From Candidatus Oscillibacter pullicola (GTDB lineage: Bacteria; Bacillota; Clostridia; Oscillospirales; Oscillospiraceae), in assembly GCA_019118935.1 (NCBI GenBank), contig DWXY01000023.1:11356-75355 (forward strand): a stretch of 64,000 nucleotides of DNA. The letters are read 5' to 3'. Under the pieces are notes generated by a model. It searched no databases, was not told the DNA's origin, and saw only the letters and a list, made by a program, of their open reading frames with translations. The position numbers were made by a program, and so were the translations under genes. This document shows positions 49,781 through 60,500 of this stretch, in pieces (position 1 is the stretch's first letter; each line of letters starts with the position of its first letter).

Positions 49781-49999
49781 TCATTTCCATACGTCCCGCC
49801 GGTCCGTCCGGCCCGCCAGGTAGTCCATGGATACGCCGAAGTGGTCCGCCAGGGCGCTGAAAATCTCCAGTCCCGGCAGGCCCTCATCATTTTCGATCCG
49901 CTGATAGTGGCGGTCTCCCATGCCGACAGCTTGGGCGACTTGCAGTTGTGTCTCTCTGCGCTCTTTCCGGAGCGCTTTTAATCTGCTTCCTATTTTCAT
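49781..49999 (-). CDS. XRE-family repressor (72 aa)
   Basis: RLKALRKERRETQLQVAQAVGM...YQRIEN...LADHFGVSMDYLAGRTD; AAGGAGG RBS. Confidence 0.88.
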   Translation of the reverse strand: MKIGSRLKALRKERRETQLQVAQAVGMGDRHYQRIENDEGLPGLEIFSALADHFGVSMDYLAGRTDRRDVWK

Positions 50000-50008
50000 A
50001 GATCCTCC

Positions 50009-50059
50009 TTGACACGCCAGATCAGGTGTGATATGATCGAAATACACCTGATCTGGCGT
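50009..50059 (+). promoter_or_regulatory. Promoter with a 16-bp inverted-repeat operator pair
   Basis: TTGACA-N17-TATGAT (50009-50037); ACGCCAGATCAGGTGT (50014-50029) and its perfect reverse complement (50044-50059). Confidence 0.82.
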
Positions 50060-50084
50060 ATTTCGGGAAGGGGGAAACACGGAA

Positions 50085-50348
50085 ATGTCTGATTTTATGA
50101 AATGGCTCTATCCCCGGTACATCCGCCCCTACGTGGAGGCGGCGCCCCGGGAAGACTATGAACTGTGGTTCTCCCTTCTGGACGGGGAGCTGCGCGCGGC
50201 GGAGCGGGAGGATCTGGACCGGGTCCTGGAATTCACCGCCATCCACGCCTTCCTGCTGGGCCTGCGCACCGGGGCGGGCCTGGGGGCGCTCATTCCACAA
50301 GGAACGGCGCCATCTGCCCCAGGACCTTCGGCGTGCACACCGCCGTGA
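50085..50348 (+). CDS. Small hypothetical protein divergent from the XRE repressor
   Basis: AAGGGGG RBS; MSDFMKWLYPRYIRPY...HAFLLGLRTG; 3' end overlaps the hflX end. Confidence 0.65.
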   Translation: MSDFMKWLYPRYIRPYVEAAPREDYELWFSLLDGELRAAEREDLDRVLEFTAIHAFLLGLRTGAGLGALIPQGTAPSAPGPSACTPP

Positions 50349-51561
50349 CGGCGATGGTCTCCCCGTACTCCACGTTCTCCACCTTGGCCTCCCGGTACAG
50401 CTGGTCCAGCAGGCCCCCCTTGTCGTAGGGGATGTGCAGCACACAGCGGCGGCTGCCGCTGTCCAGCCGCGATGCGATCATCTCCAGCAGCTTGTCCACG
50501 CCCTCGCCGGTCCTGGCGGAGATGGAGCAGATGTCCTCTCCATGGGGCATGATCTCCCCGGCGGGCAGCCGGTCGGACTTGTTGAACACGTCGATCCGGG
50601 GCAGCTCTCCGGCTCCCAGCTCCCGGATCAGGTTCTCCACCACCGCCGCCTGCTGCTGCCACTCCGGGTTGGATACGTCGATGACGTGGAGCAGCAGATC
50701 CGCGTACTCCAGCTCCTCCAGGGTGGCCTTGAAGGCCTCCACCAGCTGATGGGGCAGCTTGCGGATGAAGCCCACCGTGTCGGAGATCACCACGTCCAGC
50801 GTGTCGCTGACGGTCAGCAGCCGGCTGGTGGTGTCCAGGGTGTCGAACAGCCGGTTGTTGGCGGGGATTCCCGCCCCGGTCAGGTGGTTCAGCAGCGTGG
50901 ACTTGCCCGCGTTGGTGTAGCCCACGATGGCCACCACCGGGATTTCGTTTTTCTGCCGCCGCTGCCGCTGGGTGGCCCGCACCCGGCGGACCTCCTCCAA
51001 ATCATCCCGGAGCTTGTCGATCTTCCGGCGGATGTGGCGGCGGTCCGTCTCCAGCTGGGTCTCTCCGGGGCCCTTGGAGCCGATGGGCCCCTTGCCGCTG
51101 GTGCCCGCCTGCCGCTCCAGATGGGTCCACATGCCCGTGAGCCGGGGCAGCAGGTACTGGTACTGGGCCAGCTCCACCTGGAGGCGGCCCTCCTTCGTCT
51201 TTGCCCGCTGGGCGAAGATGTCCAGGATCAATCCGCACCGGTCCAACACCTGGACCCCCAGCAGCTCCGTCAGCACCCGCATCTGGGAGGGGGACAGATC
51301 GTTGTCGAAGATCACCATGGTGGCGCCGGTGTTCTCGCAGTAGAGCTGCACCTCCGCCACCTTGCCCTCGCCGATAAAGGTCCGGGGGTCCGGGGACGGC
51401 CGGTTCTGCAGCACCATCCCCACAGTCTCGCCGCCGGCGGTCTCCACCAGGGCGGAGAGTTCCTCCATGGTGTCCTCATCGGCGTTTTCCTCTTTTTTCA
51501 GCACTGGGGAGTTCAGTCCCACCAGCACCACTTTGTCTCGTACTTCCTGTGTCTCTGCCAT
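50290..51561 (-). CDS. hflX: GTPase HflX
   Basis: LILDIFAQRA..EGRLQVELAQ, GPGETQLETDRR, VGYTNAGKSTL, DTVGFI. Confidence 0.97.
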   Translation of the reverse strand: MAETQEVRDKVVLVGLNSPVLKKEENADEDTMEELSALVETAGGETVGMVLQNRPSPDPRTFIGEGKVAEVQLYCENTGATMVIFDNDLSPSQMRVLTELLGVQVLDRCGLILDIFAQRAKTKEGRLQVELAQYQYLLPRLTGMWTHLERQAGTSGKGPIGSKGPGETQLETDRRHIRRKIDKLRDDLEEVRRVRATQRQRRQKNEIPVVAIVGYTNAGKSTLLNHLTGAGIPANNRLFDTLDTTSRLLTVSDTLDVVISDTVGFIRKLPHQLVEAFKATLEELEYADLLLHVIDVSNPEWQQQAAVVENLIRELGAGELPRIDVFNKSDRLPAGEIMPHGEDICSISARTGEGVDKLLEMIASRLDSGSRRCVLHIPYDKGGLLDQLYREAKVENVEYGETIAVTAVCTPKVLGQMAPFLVE

Positions 51562-51570
51562 GCAAACTCC

Positions 51571-52083
51571 TTATTTTTGATAGGCCTCCACGACCTGGCC
51601 CACATAGATCCGGTGCCAGCCGCCCTGTCCCGGCGTGTAGAAGGGCAGGATCTCCCCCTCCCCCAGCACGCAGGCGGGGTCCATGTCCTGGGCGTACAGC
51701 TTCCGGCACACCAGGGCCCACTCCGCCTCGTCAAAGAAGGGGGCGTCCCCGGCACCCCAGCGGACTGTCAGGCCGCACGCTTTCACCTTGTCCACGTCCC
51801 GGCCGCTCTTGCTGCCGCAGAGGGCGGTCACTTTTTTGGCCTCCTCCGGCAGGATGGAGACGGTGAAGTAGTCGTGGGACTCCATAAATTGATAGGTATA
51901 GCGCTCGGGCCGCACGTAGACTGTGCAGACCGGCAGGTTCCACAGCCGGCCCAGCTGGCACCAGCCGATGGTCATGGTGTTCAAGCCGGTCTTGTCTCCG
52001 GCGGTCAGCAGCGGGGGCTGCCGCCCGAAGACGTGCAGGATCTCCGGCGTCAAACGCTCCAACTCCACAGGATGCAGCTTCAT
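51571..52083 (-). CDS. Flavin reductase family protein
   Basis: LLTAG...NTMTIGW, VYVRPERYT, CGSKSGRDVDK, WHRIYVGQV. Confidence 0.88.
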   Translation of the reverse strand: MKLHPVELERLTPEILHVFGRQPPLLTAGDKTGLNTMTIGWCQLGRLWNLPVCTVYVRPERYTYQFMESHDYFTVSILPEEAKKVTALCGSKSGRDVDKVKACGLTVRWGAGDAPFFDEAEWALVCRKLYAQDMDPACVLGEGEILPFYTPGQGGWHRIYVGQVVEAYQK

Positions 52084-52193
52084 GCAAACGCTCCTTCCGC
52101 TCCATTGATACCAACAGTATATGCGCTTTTGCCGGAAAAGTAAATGAAAAAAGGGCCTGCCCAACCGGCAGACCCTTTTGTGACGTGTCAGAC

Positions 52194-52397
52194 TTACTTG
52201 TCCAGACCGAACTTCTTGTTGAACTTGGCCACGCGTCCGCCGGTATCCACCAGCTTCTGCTTGCCCGTGAAGAAGGGGTGACACTTCGAGCAGACTTCCA
52301 CCTTGATATCCTTCTTGGTAGAACCTGTCTCAATCACATTACCGCAGGCGCAAGTAATCGTAGTCTGCTGATAATTGGGATGGATTCCTTCCTTCAT
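52194..52397 (-). CDS. rpmE: 50S ribosomal protein L31 (Zn-binding type)
   Basis: [13 protein letters not shown]...[19 protein letters not shown]. Confidence 0.97.
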   Translation of the reverse strand: MKEGIHPNYQQTTITCACGNVIETGSTKKDIKVEVCSKCHPFFTGKQKLVDTGGRVAKFNKKFGLDK

Positions 52398-52465
52398 TGC
52401 TCTCGTTCACCTCTTTCTGATCCAGACTACCTCGCCGGAGCTTTCACCCCATAAAGGCGTTAATT

Positions 52466-52494
52466 AGTGTATCACACGGGCGTCAAGATTGCAA
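52466..52494 (-). promoter_or_regulatory. sigma-A promoter of rpmE
   Basis: TTGCAA-N17-TACACT. Confidence 0.7.
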
Positions 52495-52523
52495 GACCTT
52501 TTTTCATTTTTCCGGAGATTTTT

Positions 52524-53582
52524 TCAGGAGGGGCGGAACTGCTCCACCCACTCCGGCGTACAGTCCGCAAACCAGTCCTGGTGTCCGGGTCCTCCGGGTC
52601 ATAGAGCCGGTCCGTCAGGGCCTGGAACGCATCGCACTGGGTATCTGTCAGAACGTGGACGGCGATGCCGTCCTCTTTCTGCCACCGCTCCAGGAGCTCC
52701 GCCTCCTGCTCCCGGTTCCGGAGCCGCTGGTCCGCCATGGCCTCCCGGGCACAGCGGTCCACCGCCTCCCGCAGGTCCGTGGAGAGGGACTCGTACAGAT
52801 CGCCGTTCATGGTGAGGATGGCGGGCTCGTAAAAGGCCGGGAAGATGGTCACGTCCGTCTGGACCGTCTGGTAGCCCGCCGCGTCCGCCTCCGCCAGGGT
52901 GCTCTCCTGGCCGTCATAGTATCCCGCAGACAAAGGCGTCATCACATCTAAAAAACTGGAGGGGTAGAGTTCCGCTCCCCAGCACTCCACATACGCCATG
53001 GCCACTTCCAGCATTCCAGCCGTACGGATTTTAAGTCCCTCCAAATCCTCCGGGGCGGTCACCGGCCGGTCGGCGGTCAGATACCGGAAGCCCAGCTCCC
53101 CGTATCCCAGGCCCCGGAGGCCCATCTCTTCCAGGACGCCGTTCAAGGCCTCCCCGCCGGTGTCGTCCAGGACCTCCGCCGCCGTCTCGGCGTCCGGGAA
53201 CAGGAAGGGCATGGTCACGGAGAAAAGCGGTCTGCCCATCTCTCCGCCGCTGTCATAGGAACCGTAGATCAAACTGCTGTCCAGATAAAAGTCCGTGACC
53301 CCAGCCACGGTCTGCTCCAGAGATTCCACCTGGCCGACGGCCGCCGGCTGGACCTCCACCGCTACGGCGCCCTCCGTGGCGTCGGACAGGGCCGCCGCGA
53401 AGGCCTGGGCCGCGGCCCAGCAGGTGGAGTCCTCCGGCTGGCCCACTGTCAGGGTCCAGGTGGTTTCGGCATTCTCCGGAACCGGCGGCTCCTCCGGAAT
53501 CTCCTCTGGTGTTCCGCCGGTGCAGCCGGCCAGGGCCAGGGCCGCCAGGACGGCGGCGGTCAGCGTTTTGCGTCTGCCTCAT
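52524..53582 (-). pseudogene. TRAP transporter substrate-binding lipoprotein (DctP-like) with apparent frameshifts
   Basis: GFRYLT..RPVTAPEDLEGLKIRT and YYDGQES DctP motifs; the RBS-linked ATG at 53582 is 1 nt out of frame with the lipoprotein signal KTLTAAVLAALALAGC; a second probable shift near 52580. Confidence 0.6.
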
Positions 53583-53583
53583 T

Positions 53584-54003
53584 TCAGTTCCCTCCTTCTG
53601 ATGTCTCCAGCGCCCGCCCCAGGTCCGCCAGATACCGGGCCTGCTGGCGGCGGAGATAGCCCTTGGCAAAGAGCCGCATCCAGGGCTTTTTCACGGTGAC
53701 GGTCTCCGTAAAGGTGACCCGGGTGCCCCCTCCCTCCGGGCGAAATTCCCCGGTCCACCGGCCGGTCAGGTTGGCGTTGTCCACGTCAAAGGCCCAGCGG
53801 GAGGTCGGGCGGCGGTCCGTGACGGTGAAATGGGTGGGAAAGCCGGTTTTGTCGTACTCCGTAAAGGCGTCCTCACCGATGTGGTCCAGGCGGCTCAGAT
53901 CGCTGCGCCACTGCCAGCGGTCCAGGTCCGTCACCACCGCCCACACCCGCTCCGGCGAATAAGGCATCAGGGCCGTGGCCGTGCTGACGATTTCCCTTCC
54001 CAT
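53584..54003 (-). CDS. SRPBCC (polyketide cyclase-like) family protein
   Basis: PERVWAVVTDL..WRSD, GRWTGEFRPEGGGTRVTFTE. Confidence 0.82.
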   Translation of the reverse strand: MGREIVSTATALMPYSPERVWAVVTDLDRWQWRSDLSRLDHIGEDAFTEYDKTGFPTHFTVTDRRPTSRWAFDVDNANLTGRWTGEFRPEGGGTRVTFTETVTVKKPWMRLFAKGYLRRQQARYLADLGRALETSEGGN

Positions 54004-54016
54004 ACGATCTCCTCCC

Positions 54017-57000
54017 TCAAATCTCCACGGTCTCCCCCGCCGCCAGGAAGTACAGGGCCCGCCGGGTGACAGGCCGTTCCAGCACCCGCTCCAGGGCCCG
54101 GCTGTATGCCTCCAGCTGGGGGCGGTAGTGCTCCGCCCGCTGCCGGACCTCCGGCGCCGTGAACACGTGGTCCGTCTTGAAGTCCACCACGGTCAGGCCG
54201 TCTGCCGTCTTGAAGCAGCAGTCCACCACGCCCTGGAGGAGGATTTCCTCCCCCGCCGCGGCGGCGGGATCGTACTCCCGGGCATCCATCAGCAGGGTGA
54301 AGCGATACTCCCGCAGGACGTGTTTGCTCCGGCGGATCTCCTCCGCCAGTGGAGAGCGGAGGAACCGCTCCAGGGGTGCGGTCTCCACGGCCGCGGCCTG
54401 CTGGTCCGTCAGCAGGCTCCGCTGGTGGAGCGTCTTGATCTGCCCTGCCACGTCGAAGTCGGAGAAATTCAAATACTGCAGCACCAGGTGGGTGGCAGTG
54501 CCCCGCTCCGCCGGGGTCAGGCCCTGCCGCTCCCGCCGGAAATTCGGCTGGCTCAGGGGGCGGAGGTACGGCGTGTGGGCGGCATGCTCGGCGATCTCCT
54601 GATCCACCTGGCGGCCCTTCAGCTGGGTGGCCGTCACCTTGGCGGGCAGGGCCGTCTCCTGCTGGTAGGGGTAGACAAAGGACAGCAGATCCGGGTCAAA
54701 GGGGGCGGTCTCACCCGCCGCCTCCGCCGTCGCCTGGGGCCGGACGGGCCGGTCCCGGTAGTCCTCGCTGTCATGGAGAAACACTTGCCAGGAGCTGTCC
54801 TCTCCGACATACAGCTGGTCGATCTCTGTCTCCGCCATGGCCCGCAGGGGCGCGGCCTCCGGCCGGCACAGCAGGGGCAGCAGGACCCAGTCCCCCAGAG
54901 TCCGGCCCTCTGCCACCGTCTCCGGCAGCACTGGACAGGCAGCCACTGCAGCCAGCTTCTGGAGCCGCCCGGGGGCGTTGTACAGGGCATCCACCAGGAT
55001 CAGCTTCTCCTTGGGCCGGGTCATAGCCACGTAGAGGATCCGCTGCTCCTCCGCCAGGTTCTCCCGCCGCAGCTTCTCCTGAATGGCCAGCCGGGCCAGG
55101 GTGGGATACTGGATTTTCCGCTCCAGGTCGATGCACTTGGGCCCCAGGCCCATGGACGGGTGCACCAGTACCGGCGTGTCGAAGTCCTGCCGGGAGAAGG
55201 CGTGGTCCAGGTCCGCCAGGATGACGATGGGGAACTCCAGGCCCTTGGACTTGTGGATGCTCATGAGCCGCACGCCGGCGGCCTCCGCCGGGCCCCGGGT
55301 GGCCGGGGCCTGGTCCTGCTCCAGCAGGCGGCGCAGCTGAGTGACGAAGGCGAAGAGGCCCCGGTATCCATTGCTCTCAAACTTCTCCGCATGCTGGCTC
55401 AGGGCGATGAGATTCTCCCGCCGGGCCGCGCCGTCATCCATGGCGCCGAAGACCCCCAGCACGTTCAGCCGGTTGTAGATGTGCCAGACAAACCGGTGGA
55501 CGCTCATATCCCGGCTGGCAAGCCGCAGCTCCGATAGGGTGGCCAGGAAGGCTTGGCAGTCCTCCCCCCCGTCGGCGGCCACCGCGTCGTAGTAGTCCCC
55601 CGTGGGGGAGGCGGAGCGGACCTCCGCCAGCCGGTCCGCCGTGAAGCCGAACAGGGGCGACCGGAGGACGGAGATCAGCGGCACGTCCTGCCGGGGATTG
55701 TCCACGATCTCCAGCAGGGACAGCATGACGGAGATCTCCATGGTGTGGAAGAAGTCCCCGCTCTCCTGGAAGGAGCAGGGGATGTCCCGCTCCGCCAATG
55801 CCGCCGCGAAGGCGGCGGACCGGCTGCCGGGGGAGCGCATCAGGATCACGATGTCCTCCGGCCGGCAGGGGCGCAGGGTGCCGTCCCCCTCAGTGACGGG
55901 GTAGCCCCCGTCCAGCAGCTGCCGGATGCGCGCCGCCACGAACCGGGCCTCAGCGGTGACCTTCTTCACCGGCCTGTCGTTCTCCCCCGACTTCTGGTGG
56001 GCGGAGATGAGATGGAACTCCGTCTGGCAGTCCGTCCGCTCCGGGTAGTATTCCGCCCCAAAGTGGAGGGCCTCGTCCTCGCCGTAGTCCATTTCCCCCA
56101 TCTCCACAGACAAAATGTTGGAGAAGATGAAGTTGGTGCTCTCCAAAATCTCCCGCCGGGAGCGGAAGTTGCGGGACAGCAGGATCTTCCGCTCCTCCCC
56201 GTCTGCGGCCTCCTGCCAGGGCTTGAAGCGGTTGTATTTTCCCAGGAAAATGGTGGGATCCGCCAGGCGGAACCGGTAGATGCTCTGCTTCACGTCCCCC
56301 ACAGTGAAAATGTTCTGCCCGTTTTTGGACACCGCCTGGAAGATGGCGTTCTGGATCTCATTGGTGTCCTGGTACTCGTCCACCAGGATCTCCCGGTACC
56401 GGGCCGCCACCTGCTCCCCCAGTTCCGTGGGGGCGCCGTCGGGGCCCACCAGCAGACCCAGGGCCAGGTGCTCCTGGTCGGAGAAGTCGGCAGCGTTCAG
56501 CCGCAGCTTCTCCTGCCGGTACCGCTCCGCAAAGTCCTCCGTCAGCTCCAGCAGGGCCACCATGGCCGGAGCTACGGCCCGCAGGTCCTCCATGGCCTCC
56601 TCCCCGGAGACGGACAGCAGGCCCGCCAGCTTCTTCTCCTCCGCCTTGCACCGCTCCCACACCTGCTTCAGCGCGGCGATGCCCGGCTCGTCCTTCCGCC
56701 CCCTGGGGGTGGACAGCCGTGGGAAGGCGATGGCCGCCTCCGCCTGCCGGGCCGTCTCCCAGGTCTGGACCTCCGCCAGGGCGTCAAAAGCTACGGACAC
56801 CTGGAGGAACTTCTCCCCGTACCCCCGGTACAAAGTCTCGTCCCCCTCGGTCCGGGCGGAGGCGGACCGGAGCAGGGCCCCCCAGTGGGCCCCCTTCCGG
56901 CGGATGGAGGCCAGCAGCTCGGCGGCGTAGGGGGTGTCGTCAAAGCCGCCGGTCCAGCCGCCCCAGACGGTCCGGTTCTCCGCCAGCCACCCGGCCGGGT

Positions 57001-57577
57001 CCGCGTGGCTCTGGACCTTGTCGTACAGCTCCAGCACCAGGGCGGCCAGGCGGCTGTCGTCCCGCCCGGCCCCCAGGGTGTCTGCCAGCAGGGCACGGCC
57101 CTCGTCCAGCTGGTCATAGAAATCCTCCAGGGTCCGGGCCAGCACCCGCTGGCGGATCAGCTGGGCTTCATTGTCATCCAGCACCCGGAAGTCCGGAGTC
57201 AGGGCCCGGCTGTCCCCCTCCCGGGCCAGCAGGTGGGTGTTCTCCCGCAGCAGCGACGTGCAGAAGGCGTCCACGGTCTTGATGTCCGCCTGATACACCC
57301 GCAGCAGCTGCCGCCGGAGCTGCTGGTCCCCCGGCGTCTGGCCCAGCCGCTTGGAGAGTTCGGAGGCGATCTTGCTCCGCAGCTCCGCCGCGGCGGCCTT
57401 GGTGTAGGTGATGATCAGGAAGTCGTCGATGTTGCACCGCTCCTCCGTCACGTAGCGGAAGAGCCGGTCCACCAGCACCTTCGTCTTGCCGGAGCCGGCG
57501 GCGGCGGAAACCAGCAGGCTGCCTCCCCGGTTTTCCACCACCGCCTGCTGCTGGGGGGTCAGGGTCAGTTTTGCCAT
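54017..57577 (-). CDS. addA: ATP-dependent helicase/nuclease subunit A
   Basis: SAAAGSGKT, ILVDEYQD, VGDVKQSIYRFR, SIHKSKGLEF, RILYVAMTR, QGVVDC/VVDFKTD nuclease. Confidence 0.96.
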   Translation of the reverse strand: MAKLTLTPQQQAVVENRGGSLLVSAAAGSGKTKVLVDRLFRYVTEERCNIDDFLIITYTKAAAAELRSKIASELSKRLGQTPGDQQLRRQLLRVYQADIKTVDAFCTSLLRENTHLLAREGDSRALTPDFRVLDDNEAQLIRQRVLARTLEDFYDQLDEGRALLADTLGAGRDDSRLAALVLELYDKVQSHADPAGWLAENRTVWGGWTGGFDDTPYAAELLASIRRKGAHWGALLRSASARTEGDETLYRGYGEKFLQVSVAFDALAEVQTWETARQAEAAIAFPRLSTPRGRKDEPGIAALKQVWERCKAEEKKLAGLLSVSGEEAMEDLRAVAPAMVALLELTEDFAERYRQEKLRLNAADFSDQEHLALGLLVGPDGAPTELGEQVAARYREILVDEYQDTNEIQNAIFQAVSKNGQNIFTVGDVKQSIYRFRLADPTIFLGKYNRFKPWQEAADGEERKILLSRNFRSRREILESTNFIFSNILSVEMGEMDYGEDEALHFGAEYYPERTDCQTEFHLISAHQKSGENDRPVKKVTAEARFVAARIRQLLDGGYPVTEGDGTLRPCRPEDIVILMRSPGSRSAAFAAALAERDIPCSFQESGDFFHTMEISVMLSLLEIVDNPRQDVPLISVLRSPLFGFTADRLAEVRSASPTGDYYDAVAADGGEDCQAFLATLSELRLASRDMSVHRFVWHIYNRLNVLGVFGAMDDGAARRENLIALSQHAEKFESNGYRGLFAFVTQLRRLLEQDQAPATRGPAEAAGVRLMSIHKSKGLEFPIVILADLDHAFSRQDFDTPVLVHPSMGLGPKCIDLERKIQYPTLARLAIQEKLRRENLAEEQRILYVAMTRPKEKLILVDALYNAPGRLQKLAAVAACPVLPETVAEGRTLGDWVLLPLLCRPEAAPLRAMAETEIDQLYVGEDSSWQVFLHDSEDYRDRPVRPQATAEAAGETAPFDPDLLSFVYPYQQETALPAKVTATQLKGRQVDQEIAEHAAHTPYLRPLSQPNFRRERQGLTPAERGTATHLVLQYLNFSDFDVAGQIKTLHQRSLLTDQQAAAVETAPLERFLRSPLAEEIRRSKHVLREYRFTLLMDAREYDPAAAAGEEILLQGVVDCCFKTADGLTVVDFKTDHVFTAPEVRQRAEHYRPQLEAYSRALERVLERPVTRRALYFLAAGETVEI

Positions 57578-57578
57578 G

Positions 57579-60500
57579 TTACCGTCCGCCTCCTTCCTCG
57601 GTCTCCTCCTCCACCTGGCGCCAGAAGTCCTCCGGCTTCACCGGCAGGATGTAGTGCAGGTGATCGCCGTCCCGCCCGTCCTGGAAGTGGCAGGCGTCGG
57701 CCCAGTCGCAGTATTTGCAGAAGCTGTCGTCCTCATTGTGGCAGCAGGGGTCCGCGTCGATGTTGCCGTCCCGGACCTCCCGGGCGATCTGGTGGAGCAT
57801 CTGCTCCACATACTGCCCCAGCCGCCCCAGCTGGTCGGCGGAGGCCAGGGCGCCGGACACGTCCCCCTCCCGGCCCACCCGCACCGGCAGGAATCGGGGG
57901 CTTTGCAGGGCCTCGTGCTCCATGGCCCGGAGCACCTCCGGTTCAGAGAGCAGCAGGCCTGTCCGGCGCAGCTCCTTCTCCCGTTGGCTCTGGAGCTGCT
58001 CCGGCGTGATGTTCCGCTCGGCGGAGAGGATCTCGTCCCGGGCAGGGAGATACAGCACCCCGGCGGGCTCGATATCCATGCCGAAGCGCTGCCTTCCCTC
58101 CTTTTGCAAAGCGAACAGGTACAGCAGCATCTGGATGTCCAGTCCCATCCGGACGGCGGCCAGGTCAAAGGCCTTTCGGCCGGACTTGTAGTCCACCACC
58201 CGGAGATACAGCTTGTTGTCCTTCACCCAGCCGTCCACCCGGTCCACCTTGCCGCCGATCCGCAGCTCTGCGTCCGGCTCGCTGACCGTCACCGCCGGCA
58301 GCTCTCCGCGGTCGCCGAAGGAAAGCTCGAAGGCCAGGGGCACAAAGTCGGAGCAGCGCATCTCCTCCGCGATCTGGTCCACCACCGCGTAGGCGGTGTT
58401 CCGCAGCCGGGCGAAGAGGTACCGGAACCGGGCGTTCCGGCCCTCCAGATTTTGGAGCACCTCCGCCGCGTACCGGTCGATGTACCGCCGCACCAGGGCG
58501 TGGAGGTCCTCCTCTTCCACCGCGGCGAAGCCGCCCCGGTCCAGCACGTCCTTTGTGACGTGCTCCAGCAGGTAGTGGAGGAAGGTGCCGATCTGGGGGG
58601 CATCAAAGGCCGCCGCCCGGCGGGCCTTGGCCTTCAGGCCGTACTCCATGAAGTAGGCGAAGTGGCAGCTCCGCAGCCGCTCCATCCGGGAGGCAGACAT
58701 GGAGATCCGCTCCCCGTACAGCGCCTGCACCGCGCTCCGGGAGAGGCGTCCCCGCTTCAGGGCCGCCGCCCGCTCCATGGCCGCCAATGGGGGAGCCAGA
58801 GCTTCGTCAGCCGCGAAGTGCCGCCACAGGGGACCCCCTGGGACAGTCCCCGCGGTCTCCAAGGCGGGGATCATCGCTGTAAGGCGGTAAGCCTTGTCAG
58901 GTTCCTCGCGTTCGACACGCAGCTCCGGAAACAGCGTCAGCAGGCGGTCCACCACAAAGGCAGGGCGCAGCTCCGCACCGGACACGTCCGCCGTGGGATA
59001 GCTGACCACCAGTCCCGCCCGGGGCTGGACCAGAGCGGCGTAGAGGTTCTGGAGCTCAATGCCCATCTGTTCCATGCCGCTGGGCGCCAGGCGGATGCCC
59101 CGCAGGGCCAGTTCCTCCCGGTCATCGTCGTTGAGAATGCCGCCGCTCTGACCCACAGCGGGCAGCACATGGTCATTGGCCCCCAGCAGGAACAGGTAGG
59201 CATCCGTGTGACGGTCGTTCCGGGTGATCTCCGTGACGGACACCTGGTCCAGGGACACGGGGATGGTGCCCACGCTGTACTGGGAGGCCACCTGCCGCAG
59301 CAGGCGGCTGAATTCGTCGGTCTCCATGGGCTCGTCTCCCAGGATCTCCACGAACTGGTCCAGGATGGCGCAGAGGATCTCCCACAGCTGGGCGGTCTCC
59401 TCCGCGTCCTGGAGGCGCCCCGCGTCTGCCTGGAGGCGCATCTGTTCCTCCAGCGCGTTCTGGAGATTCAGACGCTCCAGGAAACTGTAAAGAGCATTTA
59501 CTTTCTCCCCGGCTGTAACGCCGGCTTTCAGCCCCTCATACAGCTCCGCAAGGGGCGAGCGCACCCGGCGGCGCAGATCGTTCACCCGGTCCAGACGGGC
59601 CTGGCGGCGGTCGTCCCAAGGGGCGCCGTAACCGTCCGGATTGTCGGTCCAGTTCACATCCCGGAGCCACATCTTCCCATGGATCTCCCAGGTGAGAACG
59701 TAGTTTTCCAGCTCATCGCACTCCTCCGGCGTCAGGCCCGCCAGGCCGGTCTTCAGGCAGCGGAACATGTCCTCGTACTCAAAGCCGTTTTCCAGAGCGG
59801 AGAGGACGCCGGTGATGAGACTCCACACGGGCTTTTCCAGCATGCTGCTCCGGCGGCTCAGATAGGCGGGAATGCCGTACCGCTCGAATACCGTCTCGAT
59901 GGTGCCCTCGTAGTCGGCCATGTTCCGGGCGGCCACGATGATGTCCCGGTAGCGGCACTTCCCCGCCGCCACCAGGCGGCGGATATCCGCCGCCGTCTGC
60001 TCCACCTCGGAAAAGGCGGTGTCCGCCTCCCGGACCCGGATGGCAGAACTGTCTCCCTGGTAAGGCTCTCCCTCTCCAAAGAAGTGATGCTCCAGATATC
60101 CCAGGGCGGAGTCGTCGGCGCTGGTGAGCGTCCGGACCTCCCAGGGGCAGCCCGCCTGGTCCGCCAGCCTCGTCAGCTGGTCCCGGGTGCGGAGAGAGAC
60201 CTGAAACATCTCCTCGGCGCTGTCCGGCTCCCCCAGCAGCGTCACCGTCAGAGACCTGGCCTGCCGCAGCAGAATCTCCAGCACCCGCCGCTCTTGGGTG
60301 TTGAAGTAGGTGAAGCCGTCCAGAAACACGTCCTTGCCGAAAGCGTAGCAGGAGGACTCCAGTGCCTCGCAGAGCTTGGTCATCCGGTCCCGGGCGTCAA
60401 AGCCGGGGCGGTACAGCCGGGACTCATAGGCGCCATACAGCAGACTCAAATCCAGCAGCTTGTCTCGGGTGGCCCCCTGGATTTCCCGGGCCTGGCTCTC

